This document shows positions 18,081 through 27,047 of a stretch of DNA of 64,000 nt, piece after piece. How positions within the stretch are numbered: position 1 is the first letter of the stretch; each line of letters begins with the position of its first letter. The stretch spans positions 1 to 64,000 of IMG/VR virus record IMGVR_UViG_3300005347_000205; one strand, written 5' to 3'. The notes beneath the pieces are model-generated. The model made no database searches, was not told the origin of the DNA, and worked only from the letters and a program-made list of their open reading frames with translations. Source of the stretch: a virus. Both the position numbers and the translations under genes were made by a program.

Positions 18081-18911
18081 ATGTCGAACCTGGACGATTA
18101 TGCCGGCCACGGCGCGGCACAGATTTACCGCTACCATAGGCAACGGTGCACCCCGGCGGCCGCGCTGCAGGCGACGCGCGTCAACCTGATCGCGGGCACG
18201 TCGCGCTATCCCAAATGCTCGAATAAAGCGGGCGCCCCGTTCGGATCTAGCCGGCTGCGGTGGATCGAACGCCCCGAGGATGCGGGATTCCGGTTCGTCG
18301 GTTTCGCCGATGAGATCGCGGGCCGAGCGATCGACCATACCGGATGGTATACGCATCCCGACGGCGATTTTGGCGGAACGCTGCGCGGCGCGATCTACCA
18401 ATTGCCAGCCAGGCGCGGCCGCGCTCGCTATGTCGCGGGATATCAGGAAATTGGTTTCGGCAGTGAAGGCGCCGCGCTCGCATTGGGAGAGATATTTACA
18501 GGCGAACCGGGCGGCATGGGTGAAACCCCATATCGTGGCCGTTACGCCAGCACCTACGGCGACACATTTGGCGCCCACCGTGACGCCGCATTCCGCGCCG
18601 ATCGGATAGCCGAGATCTACGCGGAAAGAGAGCGCGAATATCAAGAGGCATGCCAACAGGCGGCGCGATGGGAAGAAGCTGCCGAGGACATGAAGCGCGA
18701 GCGCGCGGCCGCCCGTCAGCTCGTCCACGATATGCGCCAGGCGATCAAAGCCGGTTTAGCCGCGGCGCCAAGTATCTGCAACGCGCTACGGTCCGAATTG
18801 CGGCGCCGGCTCGATCGGTGGGAAGAATTGCGCGAGGAGCGCCGCGATCTGGCCGATAATTTCCATTATGAGCGCCAGGATATCGCGGAATTCGCCGCAG
18901 GTAATTTGTAG
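18081..18911 (+). CDS. Hypothetical early protein
   Basis: AAGGAG RBS; coiled-coil C-terminus. Confidence 0.8.
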   Translation: MSNLDDYAGHGAAQIYRYHRQRCTPAAALQATRVNLIAGTSRYPKCSNKAGAPFGSSRLRWIERPEDAGFRFVGFADEIAGRAIDHTGWYTHPDGDFGGTLRGAIYQLPARRGRARYVAGYQEIGFGSEGAALALGEIFTGEPGGMGETPYRGRYASTYGDTFGAHRDAAFRADRIAEIYAEREREYQEACQQAARWEEAAEDMKRERAAARQLVHDMRQAIKAGLAAAPSICNALRSELRRRLDRWEELREERRDLADNFHYERQDIAEFAAGNL

Positions 18912-18943
18912 TAACGGTTTCACGTTTTACGGGAGTTATCAAT

Positions 18944-19594
18944 ATGCCTCGCATATATGTCGCTTGCCTCGCGAGTTATAACAACGGCCGGTTGCATGGC
19001 GCCTGGATCGACTGCGACGGCAAAGACGCGGACGATATACAGCGCGAAGTAAATCAGATGCTGCGCACCTCACCCTATCCGAACGTAATGCGGCGCCAGT
19101 GCATCGATTGCGAATATATTCAGGATGACCGGGGCGCCGATGATACCTGCGATGAATGCCGCGGCGAACTGTCGCCCGCGTTCCCCTCCGCTGAAGAATA
19201 CGCGATTCACGACCATGAGGGCTTTAGCAATCTGATCGGCGAGTCCACGTCCTTCGAAGACGTTGCTCTGATCGCAGCGGCCCTAGATGGCGATAACGCA
19301 ATGGCGTTCAAATGGTTAATTTCAGACATTGGCATGTCCGCAGCGGATGCGGCTGATAAAGCTGACGAAGTCTGTATTTGGGAAGATGATCGCGGTCAGT
19401 GGGACGAAACAATGCTGGCGGAGTATGCGGAAAAATTCGCGAACGACTGTTATGATTTGCGCGAAATTCCCGAGACATTCCGTAATTATATCGATTGGGA
19501 AGCAATGGGCCGCGATATGCGAGCAGGCGGCGATATTACCCTGGCCGAAATTGACGGAAGGCGGTTCATTGTCACGAACCCGTCCGAATTCTGA
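18944..19594 (+). CDS. ardA: ArdA-like antirestriction DNA mimic with a Zn-ribbon insert
   Basis: RIYVACLASYNNGRLHGAWID, EEYAIHDHEGF, YIDWEAMGRD; very acidic. Confidence 0.88.
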   Translation: MPRIYVACLASYNNGRLHGAWIDCDGKDADDIQREVNQMLRTSPYPNVMRRQCIDCEYIQDDRGADDTCDECRGELSPAFPSAEEYAIHDHEGFSNLIGESTSFEDVALIAAALDGDNAMAFKWLISDIGMSAADAADKADEVCIWEDDRGQWDETMLAEYAEKFANDCYDLREIPETFRNYIDWEAMGRDMRAGGDITLAEIDGRRFIVTNPSEF

Positions 19595-19625
19595 TTATAG
19601 TTTCACTATATTGTAGGAATTAAAC

Positions 19626-20156
19626 ATGTATATTTGGAAAACCCCGGATAGTTACGCCGGTTATAATCCAGACGGCCATATTCTTGTCGTTTCAACGTGG
19701 CGCGACGCGGACGCACTGACGCGGACGAATTGGGACGCTGCAATTACGCGGTTGCTGAAAGCCGCGAACCTGGAAGCCGTTGGAAGCCTCGAAAGCGAGC
19801 GCGGCGGATGGTGGAACGCACCTGATCCTGCAAGCGCGCCAATGATTTACCAATGGTCGGCCTCACATTGGGCAGGCGGATGGATTCAATATCTCATGGT
19901 CCGGCCGGACGCGCCGCAAGCTGTGCTCGATGAATGCCAGGCAATTGCGGACGATTTGGCAGCCTATCCCGCGCTCGATGAAGACGCATGGTGCGAGCTC
20001 GAATATGAAGAAAATTCGAACCATTGGCGTGATTCAAGCGTCCGCGATCGAGCCGATATCATCAAGCATAGCGGTTCCGACGCTTCGATATTTGCCGCGC
20101 GCCGCGACTACCTGCCGTCCGACAATGGCGCTGTGGAGCAATATTTGAACGGATAG
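19626..20156 (+). CDS. Acidic hypothetical early protein
   Basis: AGGA RBS; YPALDEDAW motif. Confidence 0.75.
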   Translation: MYIWKTPDSYAGYNPDGHILVVSTWRDADALTRTNWDAAITRLLKAANLEAVGSLESERGGWWNAPDPASAPMIYQWSASHWAGGWIQYLMVRPDAPQAVLDECQAIADDLAAYPALDEDAWCELEYEENSNHWRDSSVRDRADIIKHSGSDASIFAARRDYLPSDNGAVEQYLNG

Positions 20157-20207
20157 GCCGCCGATGATGCTTGCTTATTGTTTCAACCGTAACGTGGAGA
20201 TTCAACC

Positions 20208-20576
20208 ATGAAACGCCTGCCGATTATTTTTCGCGCCGATAAATCCGAGGTCACTGCGATTTTCCCGACATTGCCGCACGATTATCACGGCCGATTCATG
20301 ACCTGTTACGCCCACGTCGGACAGCATGGTTCCTGCTCGCTCGATTGGTATCGTGGCACGCGGCCCGCCAAGCCGGCGGAATATGCGGACCTATTAGCCG
20401 AGCTGCGCAGGATCTATTCGCGGCCCGGCGATCCGGACGCGGTGGAATTAGTTATCTACAGCCGCATAATGCCGCAGCATCGGGCCGCCCTGCGCCAGGC
20501 TGTCGCCGGATATCAGACCGCGGTGGCCGGCGAGTCCGCATGGGTGCAAGGGCGCATCGGCGAGTCCGTCGCATGA
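20208..20576 (+). CDS. Hypothetical early protein
   Basis: GGAG RBS; AIFP..TCYAHVGQHG..EYADLLAEL. Confidence 0.75.
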   Translation: MKRLPIIFRADKSEVTAIFPTLPHDYHGRFMTCYAHVGQHGSCSLDWYRGTRPAKPAEYADLLAELRRIYSRPGDPDAVELVIYSRIMPQHRAALRQAVAGYQTAVAGESAWVQGRIGESVA

Positions 20577-20773
20577 TATTCCAGCCAATCGGGCGCCAGG
20601 CACCCTGGTCGCCCATAGCCGCGCTGCGGACCGCTATCCGGGCATATCAGCGGCGCGAAATAACGTTATCCGAGCTCAAGGAAATTACGCTCGAATGCCG
20701 CGATTTGTATGATTGGCAAAGCGAAGCCATGAAGGCATATTGTCGCGACGATAACGCGACAGGTGGCGAGTAA
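20573..20773 (+). CDS. Small hypothetical protein
   Basis: ATGA overlap with the previous gene. Confidence 0.55.
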   Translation: MIFQPIGRQAPWSPIAALRTAIRAYQRREITLSELKEITLECRDLYDWQSEAMKAYCRDDNATGGE

Positions 20774-20974
20774 TGCCGGCGCCCGGATTTATCATTGTTG
20801 CGTTGCTTATCATCTGCGTCGCGAGCTCCACGCGCCAGGCACGCAGTGAAGCCCGGCAACGGCTGAAGCGCTGGAACCCGATTTTCTGGAGCGCCGCGCT
20901 CATCTTATGGGCGATTATCCTGATACCGGAGTTATTCCGCCACCGCTGACGCTCCGCCACAGCAACGTCATCTA

Positions 20975-21006
20975 AACCCGCCGGGCAACCCCCTGGCGGG
21001 TTTTTT
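20975..21006 (+). terminator. Rho-independent terminator
   Basis: AAACCCGCCGGG...CCTGGCGGG followed by T6. Confidence 0.85.
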
Positions 21007-21267
21007 GTGCGCCCCAGGTTGACCGACCCGTTCGCCGCGGCGGGCCGCTTTCCGCGATTGATCACGGTCAGTGGGGCGCCCGGTTCCCACATCTCTTCTG
21101 GCACGCCAGCTAGGGCGTGAACCGTACTGTGCCGCTGTGATTGCGGCGCGTGGGGAGGCTCTTCCCACCTCGACCGTGAAAACCGAAGACCGAGGCAGTG
21201 TGCGTCCATGGAGAGGCCGCCCCGGTTCGATTGGTCCCGATATATCCGAAACCACGCGTCCCTGCAA

Positions 21268-21369
21268 CCGGACTCCGGGACTCGAACCTCCTCGATTTAT
21301 TCCGGACTCCGGGACTCGAACCTCCTCGATCTATTCCAGACTCCGGGACTCGAACCTCCTCGATTTAGT
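21268..21369. repeat. 3 x 34-bp tandem repeat
   Basis: CCRGACTCCGGGACTCGAACCTCCTCGATYTAKT at 21268, 21302 and 21336. Confidence 0.95.
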
Positions 21370-21464
21370 TTCAACTTTTTGTTGACTTTCATGCTACGAC
21401 TCGATAGCAGCAGGTATGATGAACCGTTCGGAGCGCGGCTGCGGGCTACAAGAGGTGGTGAGAG

Positions 21465-21737
21465 ATGAGTGACGACACCCCCATGACCGAAGCCGAGCGC
21501 GGTTATTCGAAGGGCTACGCTGCCGGGCAGAGACGGATCGCAGCCAACATGACGAGGGAAGAACGACAGGCCGCCCGCGACGAATTCCGACGCGCCGTCT
21601 TTCTCGCGGTCATCCCGCACATTGGCGACGAATGGAAGCAGGGCGAAAAGCATATCAGTCTCGATGTCGCTGGCAAGGTCGAAATCGCATGGGACTTCGC
21701 TGACGAAGCCATGAAGAAAGCGAGGCTCCCATCATGA
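21465..21737 (+). CDS. Hypothetical protein
   Basis: GAGGTG RBS; ATGA-coupled to the next gene. Confidence 0.7.
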   Translation: MSDDTPMTEAERGYSKGYAAGQRRIAANMTREERQAARDEFRRAVFLAVIPHIGDEWKQGEKHISLDVAGKVEIAWDFADEAMKKARLPS

Positions 21738-22561
21738 CCGACCATGGCGACGAGTGCCCCTGTGATGAGCATGGGGAGACGGCTTACGGCATCGAGAAAT
21801 GCACGTGCGGCGACAAAGCCTGTAACACCTATTGGCTGACCGGCATCGGTAGTTTTTGTCAGGGATCGGGCTTCAAGAAAGATGAGGCGGAACAAATTGT
21901 CGCCGCCCTCCGCCAAGGTGAAGTCGACCGGGCGCGGGTTGTGGAGTTGGAGGCTCTGTGCCTGGCCCTCGAATGTGAGGTGAGCAATAGTGCTGCTGAC
22001 AAGGCCGCAGCCGAGGCCCAACTAGCCGAGGTGACGAAGGAGCTTGAGGAGGCGCGGGCCAAGATGCGGATGATCGTCTCGCACGCATCCGGTGGATGGA
22101 CACAGGACATCGAACAATCGACCAACGACATCTGTGTGCAAATCAGCGCCAACCGCAACACGGTCTACGAAGCTGGTATCGAAAAGGGACGCAAGGAAGC
22201 CGAATCCCGCCTCAGCGAGGCGGTTAAGGCGTTGGAGGATATCGCCAGCGGTCGAGCGTTCCGTCAGCAGCGGTTCGCCGAGGACGATGACGCAGACTAT
22301 TTTTTGCGAGCGCAGCGCTCCGTGCAGAAACTCGCAGCCGAGGTCGTGAAGTCGACCACGCTCTCTCAGCCCGAGGGTGGGGAGGAAGCATCTTATACCG
22401 GGTCCGACTGGCGGCTGCACGCGCAGCAGCATCAGGCAGGGTCGGAGACTGGAAGTGAGCAGCAGAGCGGCCATGGTAACGCTTCTGCCAGCATGGACAG
22501 TTTGGAGGGTTCGAATCCCTCTCCCGGTGCCCATCCCGGCGATGCAGGGAGCGAGGGGTGA
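21734..22561 (+). CDS. Cys-rich N-terminus / coiled-coil hypothetical protein
   Basis: CTCGDKAC motif, coiled coil; low-complexity tail overlapping a tRNA-like fold. Confidence 0.7.
   Translation: MTDHGDECPCDEHGETAYGIEKCTCGDKACNTYWLTGIGSFCQGSGFKKDEAEQIVAALRQGEVDRARVVELEALCLALECEVSNSAADKAAAEAQLAEVTKELEEARAKMRMIVSHASGGWTQDIEQSTNDICVQISANRNTVYEAGIEKGRKEAESRLSEAVKALEDIASGRAFRQQRFAEDDDADYFLRAQRSVQKLAAEVVKSTTLSQPEGGEEASYTGSDWRLHAQQHQAGSETGSEQQSGHGNASASMDSLEGSNPSPGAHPGDAGSEG
22396..22533 (+). ncRNA. Putative tRNA-like structured RNA (not a canonical tRNA)
   Basis: TACCGGG/CCCGGTG closing stem + C-CCA; GGAGGG-TTCGAAT-CCCTCT T-arm; two long internal arms. Confidence 0.5.
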
Positions 22562-22749
22562 TGATCTGTTATCGTGACATGACGTTCTGTGCCGCTCAAT
22601 GCGCCACGAAAGAATGCCCCCGCCAGTTGAACGAACGGCAACGCGAAGGTGCGCGCAAATGGTGGTCACACGATCCCAATAATGCACCGATCGCGGTTGC
22701 GGATTTCCACCATAACTGCCCCGATTACGCACCGGAGAGCCGGATATGA
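22558..22749 (+). CDS. Small Cys-rich hypothetical protein
   Basis: CYRDMTFC..C...CPR; overlapping start and stop codons. Confidence 0.7.
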   Translation: MMICYRDMTFCAAQCATKECPRQLNERQREGARKWWSHDPNNAPIAVADFHHNCPDYAPESRI

Positions 22750-23435
22750 CCAACACCCCTGATCTCACTGTGACGCAGGAGGCGAGAGAGCAGATCATGC
22801 GTATCATCGGAAGTGTCTGTTATTCCGAGCGCTCGATCCCGCAGGCTACTGATGACGTTATAGCCACCATCCCCTCCCGCCCAGAAGCGCAAGCCAGGGA
22901 ATTGGTCGAGCGGTTGCGGACACAGGCTGACAGCGCAGATGAAGCCTTCATGTCGCGAATGGGCATCACCTCAGTCGAGGCAGCAACAATGCGTCAGGCC
23001 GCCGACCTGATCGAAAGCTTGAACCGCAGCAAGGCGCAGGTTTTGGAGCGCCACAGCCTCGCACCGCGCGACGGCGGGGAGGATCAGGACACGCGCGACA
23101 GCATAATCGCCGGCATGTGCATGACCTGGGATCACAGCTTCGGCCTGATGTCCGGCGACAAACAGAATGCGCTTTGGTCGAGCATGAGCCAGCTATACGA
23201 GCATGATGTAAAGCCTGCGATCGACAGGGCCCTAGCCACCCTCGACCGGGGGAAGGCGCAGGTTCGGGATGGGGCGCTGGAGGAATGTGCCTTGGCCTGG
23301 GAGGCGTTCAAAGGGCCATATCTCAAGCGCTTCGGCGGTTGGGGTGATGGCGCCGCGATCGACGCCATGCAGACGCTCAACCGCGTTTTGATGCCGATCT
23401 CGACCGAAATCTGCGCACGCCGCGAGGGGAAATAG
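22746..23435 (+). CDS. Hypothetical protein (mosaic early-gene type)
   Basis: ATGA-coupled ORF. Confidence 0.7.
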   Translation: MTNTPDLTVTQEAREQIMRIIGSVCYSERSIPQATDDVIATIPSRPEAQARELVERLRTQADSADEAFMSRMGITSVEAATMRQAADLIESLNRSKAQVLERHSLAPRDGGEDQDTRDSIIAGMCMTWDHSFGLMSGDKQNALWSSMSQLYEHDVKPAIDRALATLDRGKAQVRDGALEECALAWEAFKGPYLKRFGGWGDGAAIDAMQTLNRVLMPISTEICARREGK

Positions 23436-23436
23436 G

Positions 23437-23643
23437 ATGAAGGTCACAAGGCTCAAGCGCGGCTACCGCATCAACCTGTCCGACGCTGAGTTCGAAGCGC
23501 TTGAACATCTCGTCATGCTTGGCAAAAGCGACATGGAAGGCGCGGATGAACAGCTTGATTTTCTCAGCCATCGAGCCCGCCATGCCATGGAAAAGTATTT
23601 CCTGTCAGGCGACTGTCTGGCAATTGATGAGGATCGGCGATGA
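23437..23643 (+). CDS. Hypothetical protein
   Basis: GAGG RBS; in operon. Confidence 0.65.
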   Translation: MKVTRLKRGYRINLSDAEFEALEHLVMLGKSDMEGADEQLDFLSHRARHAMEKYFLSGDCLAIDEDRR

Positions 23644-23725
23644 CCCCGCCCGATCTAGCCGCCTTGGTGCGGGGGCTCAAAGCCGACGAGATCAACTTTC
23701 TCAACCGCGTTGCCCAGGAACCGTC

Positions 23726-24151
23726 ATGAGACTCGCAGTCACAGGCTCCCGCCAACACGGTCACGAGCGCCGGGTATTTGAAGCGCTCGATATCATTCAC
23801 GCTGCAGAACCTGTCGACGTACTGATCAGCGGACACTGCCCAAGCACTCGCTATAAGCCACGATCGTTCGACATGATATGCGAAGATTGGGCGCACGCCC
23901 GCGGCATCCCAGTCGATGAGTATCCAGCCGACTGGGACAATATCGATGCGATGCCGTGCCGAATCGAGATCAACGCGCGCGGAAGGCCGTACAACAAGCT
24001 CGCCGGCATGAACCGAAACCACAGGATGCTGATGCTCGGAGTCCCACACCTACTGGCAGTCGGTCCGATCAGGGGCCCAGGCACCGAGCATTGCCGATCC
24101 CTCGCACTGAGCCGAACCTTCGAGATCCCGATCATCGACATCGACCTGTGA
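23726..24151 (+). CDS. SLOG/YspA (DUF2493)-like protein
   Basis: LAVTGSR, LISG, WA..RGIPV..YPADWD, AG..RN..ML, GT. Confidence 0.8.
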   Translation: MRLAVTGSRQHGHERRVFEALDIIHAAEPVDVLISGHCPSTRYKPRSFDMICEDWAHARGIPVDEYPADWDNIDAMPCRIEINARGRPYNKLAGMNRNHRMLMLGVPHLLAVGPIRGPGTEHCRSLALSRTFEIPIIDIDL

Positions 24152-24186
24152 TTGAATTTTCACCAATTTGGTGATATACACGCCAC

Positions 24187-25707
24187 ATGTCGATACAGAC
24201 GCTCAACAACTCAGAATCCAAGCTATCGTTCAGAACCAAGCTGAACGCCATGTTCACCGAGGTGTATGGCGGCTCCTTCCTGAGCGCAGGTAGCCTCGGC
24301 GCGCTATCGTTCGCTTTTAGCGTAGATGTCGATACCGGACTCTATCGCCCTGCCTCAAACTCGATCGGCCTGGTCGCAGGCGGAACAGAAATTGCCCGCT
24401 TGACTCTAGCCGGCTTTGGGATTGGGGCGGCACCATCCTACCCGCTTGACGTTGTCGGCGAAGTGCTCGGACCCGTGGTCGCGAGGGTGAACAACCTCAG
24501 TGCCGATGCGAGCGCGATCAGCAAATTCCGCGGCCAAACCGGATCACCGAACAGTTTCTTCGATCTACTCATCCAGGACGGTGGCGGCTCGGCAACCGTC
24601 TATCTTCTGACAGGTTCGGCCGTAGGAGCAATCCGCAGCCAGGCTGCCGCCCATGTCTGGCAGGATCAGATAGGTACCACAGAATTCGGGCGCCTGACGG
24701 CAAACGGTCTATCCATTGGAGTGACGCCACCCCCGTGGAACAGCGCGGTCAACGCCCTTACGCTCACCAGCTATCTGGCCTTCACTGGGACGACCGGTAA
24801 CATTACCTCGAACGCCTATCTCGCGACTGGTAATGTGTTCAAGTATATAGGCTCCGGCGCCGCAACCATGCTGCAGGTTGGCAGCGGCAAGATTGATATG
24901 TACGTCGCGCCCTCGGTCGGCAGCGGACCCAACCAGAGCTTGACATGGACCAGAGTATTCGTAGTCGATGACAAGGGTAATGCGGGATTCGGCGCCAACA
25001 CTAGCGCGACCCGCACACTCTCTGTCTCGAAGAACATCACGGGCGGATCAACGATCCATGGAATTGCCTCAGAAGGCGAGATCCAGACGGATGTCACGAA
25101 CAGCGCTTATCTGTTTTCAACTACCGCAAAAACGGCACCTTCAACGGCTATAGCCGGTAGTTTGGCCCATTATATGGCCACGCAGGGTACGTTTGGATCT
25201 GGTTCGACGGTTCTCGCGCAATATGGTTTTTACGCTGCATCTTCGCTAACCGGCGCGAGCTACAATTACGGATTTCGCAGCGACATCGCAGCAGGTAGCC
25301 AGAAATATAATTTCTACGCCAACGGCACTGCAATGAACGTCTTCAGGGGCAACACGCGGATCGGCGGTGGTGCCGACCCCGCGAATACCCTCGATATCAC
25401 CGGGTCGCTCGGACGCGGCACCCCTGTTGCAAAGACTGCTGACTTCACCGTCGCGGCAACCGACAGCTGGCTAATCAACAACAAGTCGGGTTCGAGCTGC
25501 ACCGTCACTCTGCCGACCGCTTCGAGCTTCACCGGCCGCGAGATCATGATCCAGAACTATCAGGCCCAGACGGTCGTCAGCGCCTCGGCCAACGTGGTCC
25601 CCATCGCCGGGGGCGCAGCCGGCACAGCCATCCTGGCGGCTGCGGCGGGTAAGTGGGCCGTCCTGGTCAGCGACGGTACCAACTGGCTCATCACACAGGC
25701 TGGTTGA
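24187..25707 (+). CDS. Tail-fibre-like protein outside the tail module
   Basis: FRTKLNAMFTEVY N-terminus, DTGLYRP...G.E..R repeats, C-terminal TVTLPTA...LVSDGTNW; rich in G/S/T/A. Confidence 0.75.
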   Translation: MSIQTLNNSESKLSFRTKLNAMFTEVYGGSFLSAGSLGALSFAFSVDVDTGLYRPASNSIGLVAGGTEIARLTLAGFGIGAAPSYPLDVVGEVLGPVVARVNNLSADASAISKFRGQTGSPNSFFDLLIQDGGGSATVYLLTGSAVGAIRSQAAAHVWQDQIGTTEFGRLTANGLSIGVTPPPWNSAVNALTLTSYLAFTGTTGNITSNAYLATGNVFKYIGSGAATMLQVGSGKIDMYVAPSVGSGPNQSLTWTRVFVVDDKGNAGFGANTSATRTLSVSKNITGGSTIHGIASEGEIQTDVTNSAYLFSTTAKTAPSTAIAGSLAHYMATQGTFGSGSTVLAQYGFYAASSLTGASYNYGFRSDIAAGSQKYNFYANGTAMNVFRGNTRIGGGADPANTLDITGSLGRGTPVAKTADFTVAATDSWLINNKSGSSCTVTLPTASSFTGREIMIQNYQAQTVVSASANVVPIAGGAAGTAILAAAAGKWAVLVSDGTNWLITQAG

Positions 25708-25795
25708 TTATTTTCACCATTATGTTGATTCCATATTGACCGGCAACGGGCGATTCGCTAATTCAACCATAAGTTGAAATTAAGGGGACGCCACA

Positions 25796-26428
25796 ATGGA
25801 TGATGGTCAGAAATTCGTTACCGATCATGCCGGGTTTGGGCCGCTGACTGTGCCAATTCCCCTGACGCTGATGGCATGCGAGATCCACCAGGATAACATC
25901 GAAGCCGGGTGGTGGAAGCAGGAATGGGTCAATGGTTATGGCGATGAGCCGGGCCGCTACCACACCCTGCCGCGGAATATCGGCGAACTGCTCTGCCTGG
26001 TCCATAGCGAGATCAGCGAAGCCTATGATGGTTGGATCGCCGGTAAGCAGGACGACAAGCTGCCGCACCGTCCTGCCCTGGAAGTCGAACTCGCCGACAC
26101 CGTCATCCGGGTGCTCGATATCCTTGGATTTTATGACGTTAATGTCGACGCGCTGATCGCGATCCACCGGCAGGAACCACCTCGCGGCGGGGCATTCTGG
26201 TTCACGTTGATGCACAGCACCGTATCGAATGCGATGGAAGGGTTTCGGAAAGGGAAGCAGGAGGTCGGCTGTCTCAAGCTGGTATTGCTGCTGGCGACCA
26301 TCATCGACTGCTCGATAGCGTTCGACCTCGACCTGTGGACCGCGGTAGCCGAGAAGCGGGCCTACAACGCCACGCGTGCCGACCACAAGCCGGAGAACCG
26401 CGCCAAAGCTGGCGGCAAGCAGTTTTAA
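25796..26428 (+). CDS. MazG-like all-alpha NTP pyrophosphohydrolase
   Basis: LVHSEISEA...EVELADTVIRVLD, degenerate second copy, EKRAYN..R. Confidence 0.8.
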   Translation: MDDGQKFVTDHAGFGPLTVPIPLTLMACEIHQDNIEAGWWKQEWVNGYGDEPGRYHTLPRNIGELLCLVHSEISEAYDGWIAGKQDDKLPHRPALEVELADTVIRVLDILGFYDVNVDALIAIHRQEPPRGGAFWFTLMHSTVSNAMEGFRKGKQEVGCLKLVLLLATIIDCSIAFDLDLWTAVAEKRAYNATRADHKPENRAKAGGKQF

Positions 26429-26464
26429 GCCACGTTTCACCATATTGATGAAAGTACTGATACT

Positions 26465-26683
26465 ATGAGCAGTTTCGCACGAACGCTGCAGCGCCGGTTC
26501 GCCAGGTCCGCGGAGGATTATGAACCTAAAGTGCAGCCCGTCCGCATGCTGAAGGACGGAGGCTACGAGACGCTGCGGCCAACAAGCGGGTGGTACAGGA
26601 TATCGGGGCGCCGATTACTCGCCCAGCGAAAGCTCGCCGTGCTCCGTCAGATAATTGACCTGAAGATGGGCAGGATCGGCTGA
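26465..26683 (+). CDS. Small basic hypothetical protein
   Basis: Follows a 17-bp element. Confidence 0.6.
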   Translation: MSSFARTLQRRFARSAEDYEPKVQPVRMLKDGGYETLRPTSGWYRISGRRLLAQRKLAVLRQIIDLKMGRIG

Positions 26684-26840
26684 TGCCAGTCAGGGTCAGC
26701 ACGATGAGCCAGTGGCTATTAGCGGCTATCACTGGTGGATTGCTTAGCGGCATCGTGACCGACTGGGAATCGAGCTCGATAGGCTTCTTCATCGGAATCG
26801 TGTGGACATCGGCCATAGCCTATCTTGGGAGCAAGATCCC

Positions 26841-27047
26841 GTGATCCCCAAGATCTTAATGGTCCTGTTGCTCGTCGGCCACGCGGTCGGGACACTGCAG
26901 CTCGCGATCCGCTCACGCCAACGTTACCGGGGAATGGAGAAGCTCATGACGCCGGCCCAGGTTTTCTACCTGCGTTACGGCTACATCTGGGCCCTGCTGC
27001 CGGTGACCGAGGGGATCATCCTGTTCATCGGAGGCTATTTCTCATGA
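26841..27047 (+). CDS. Small two-TM membrane protein
   Basis: GGGAG RBS; two hydrophobic segments. Confidence 0.6.
   Translation: MIPKILMVLLLVGHAVGTLQLAIRSRQRYRGMEKLMTPAQVFYLRYGYIWALLPVTEGIILFIGGYFS

Noticed and set aside
21268-21369. CRISPR array or tRNA fragments (GGTTCGAGTCCC on the minus strand)
   Set aside because: Units are contiguous with no spacers; the T-loop-like sequence has only a 2-bp stem and no acceptor stem or CCA
20685-21468. ORFs called across the terminator, hairpin and repeat region
   Set aside because: No convincing RBS; they translate repeats and cross a terminator
25769-25783. CtrA box (ATAA-N7-TTAA; similar TTAT-N7-TTAC at 40007 and 62582)
   Set aside because: Only degenerate matches, explained by the AT-rich 17-bp element
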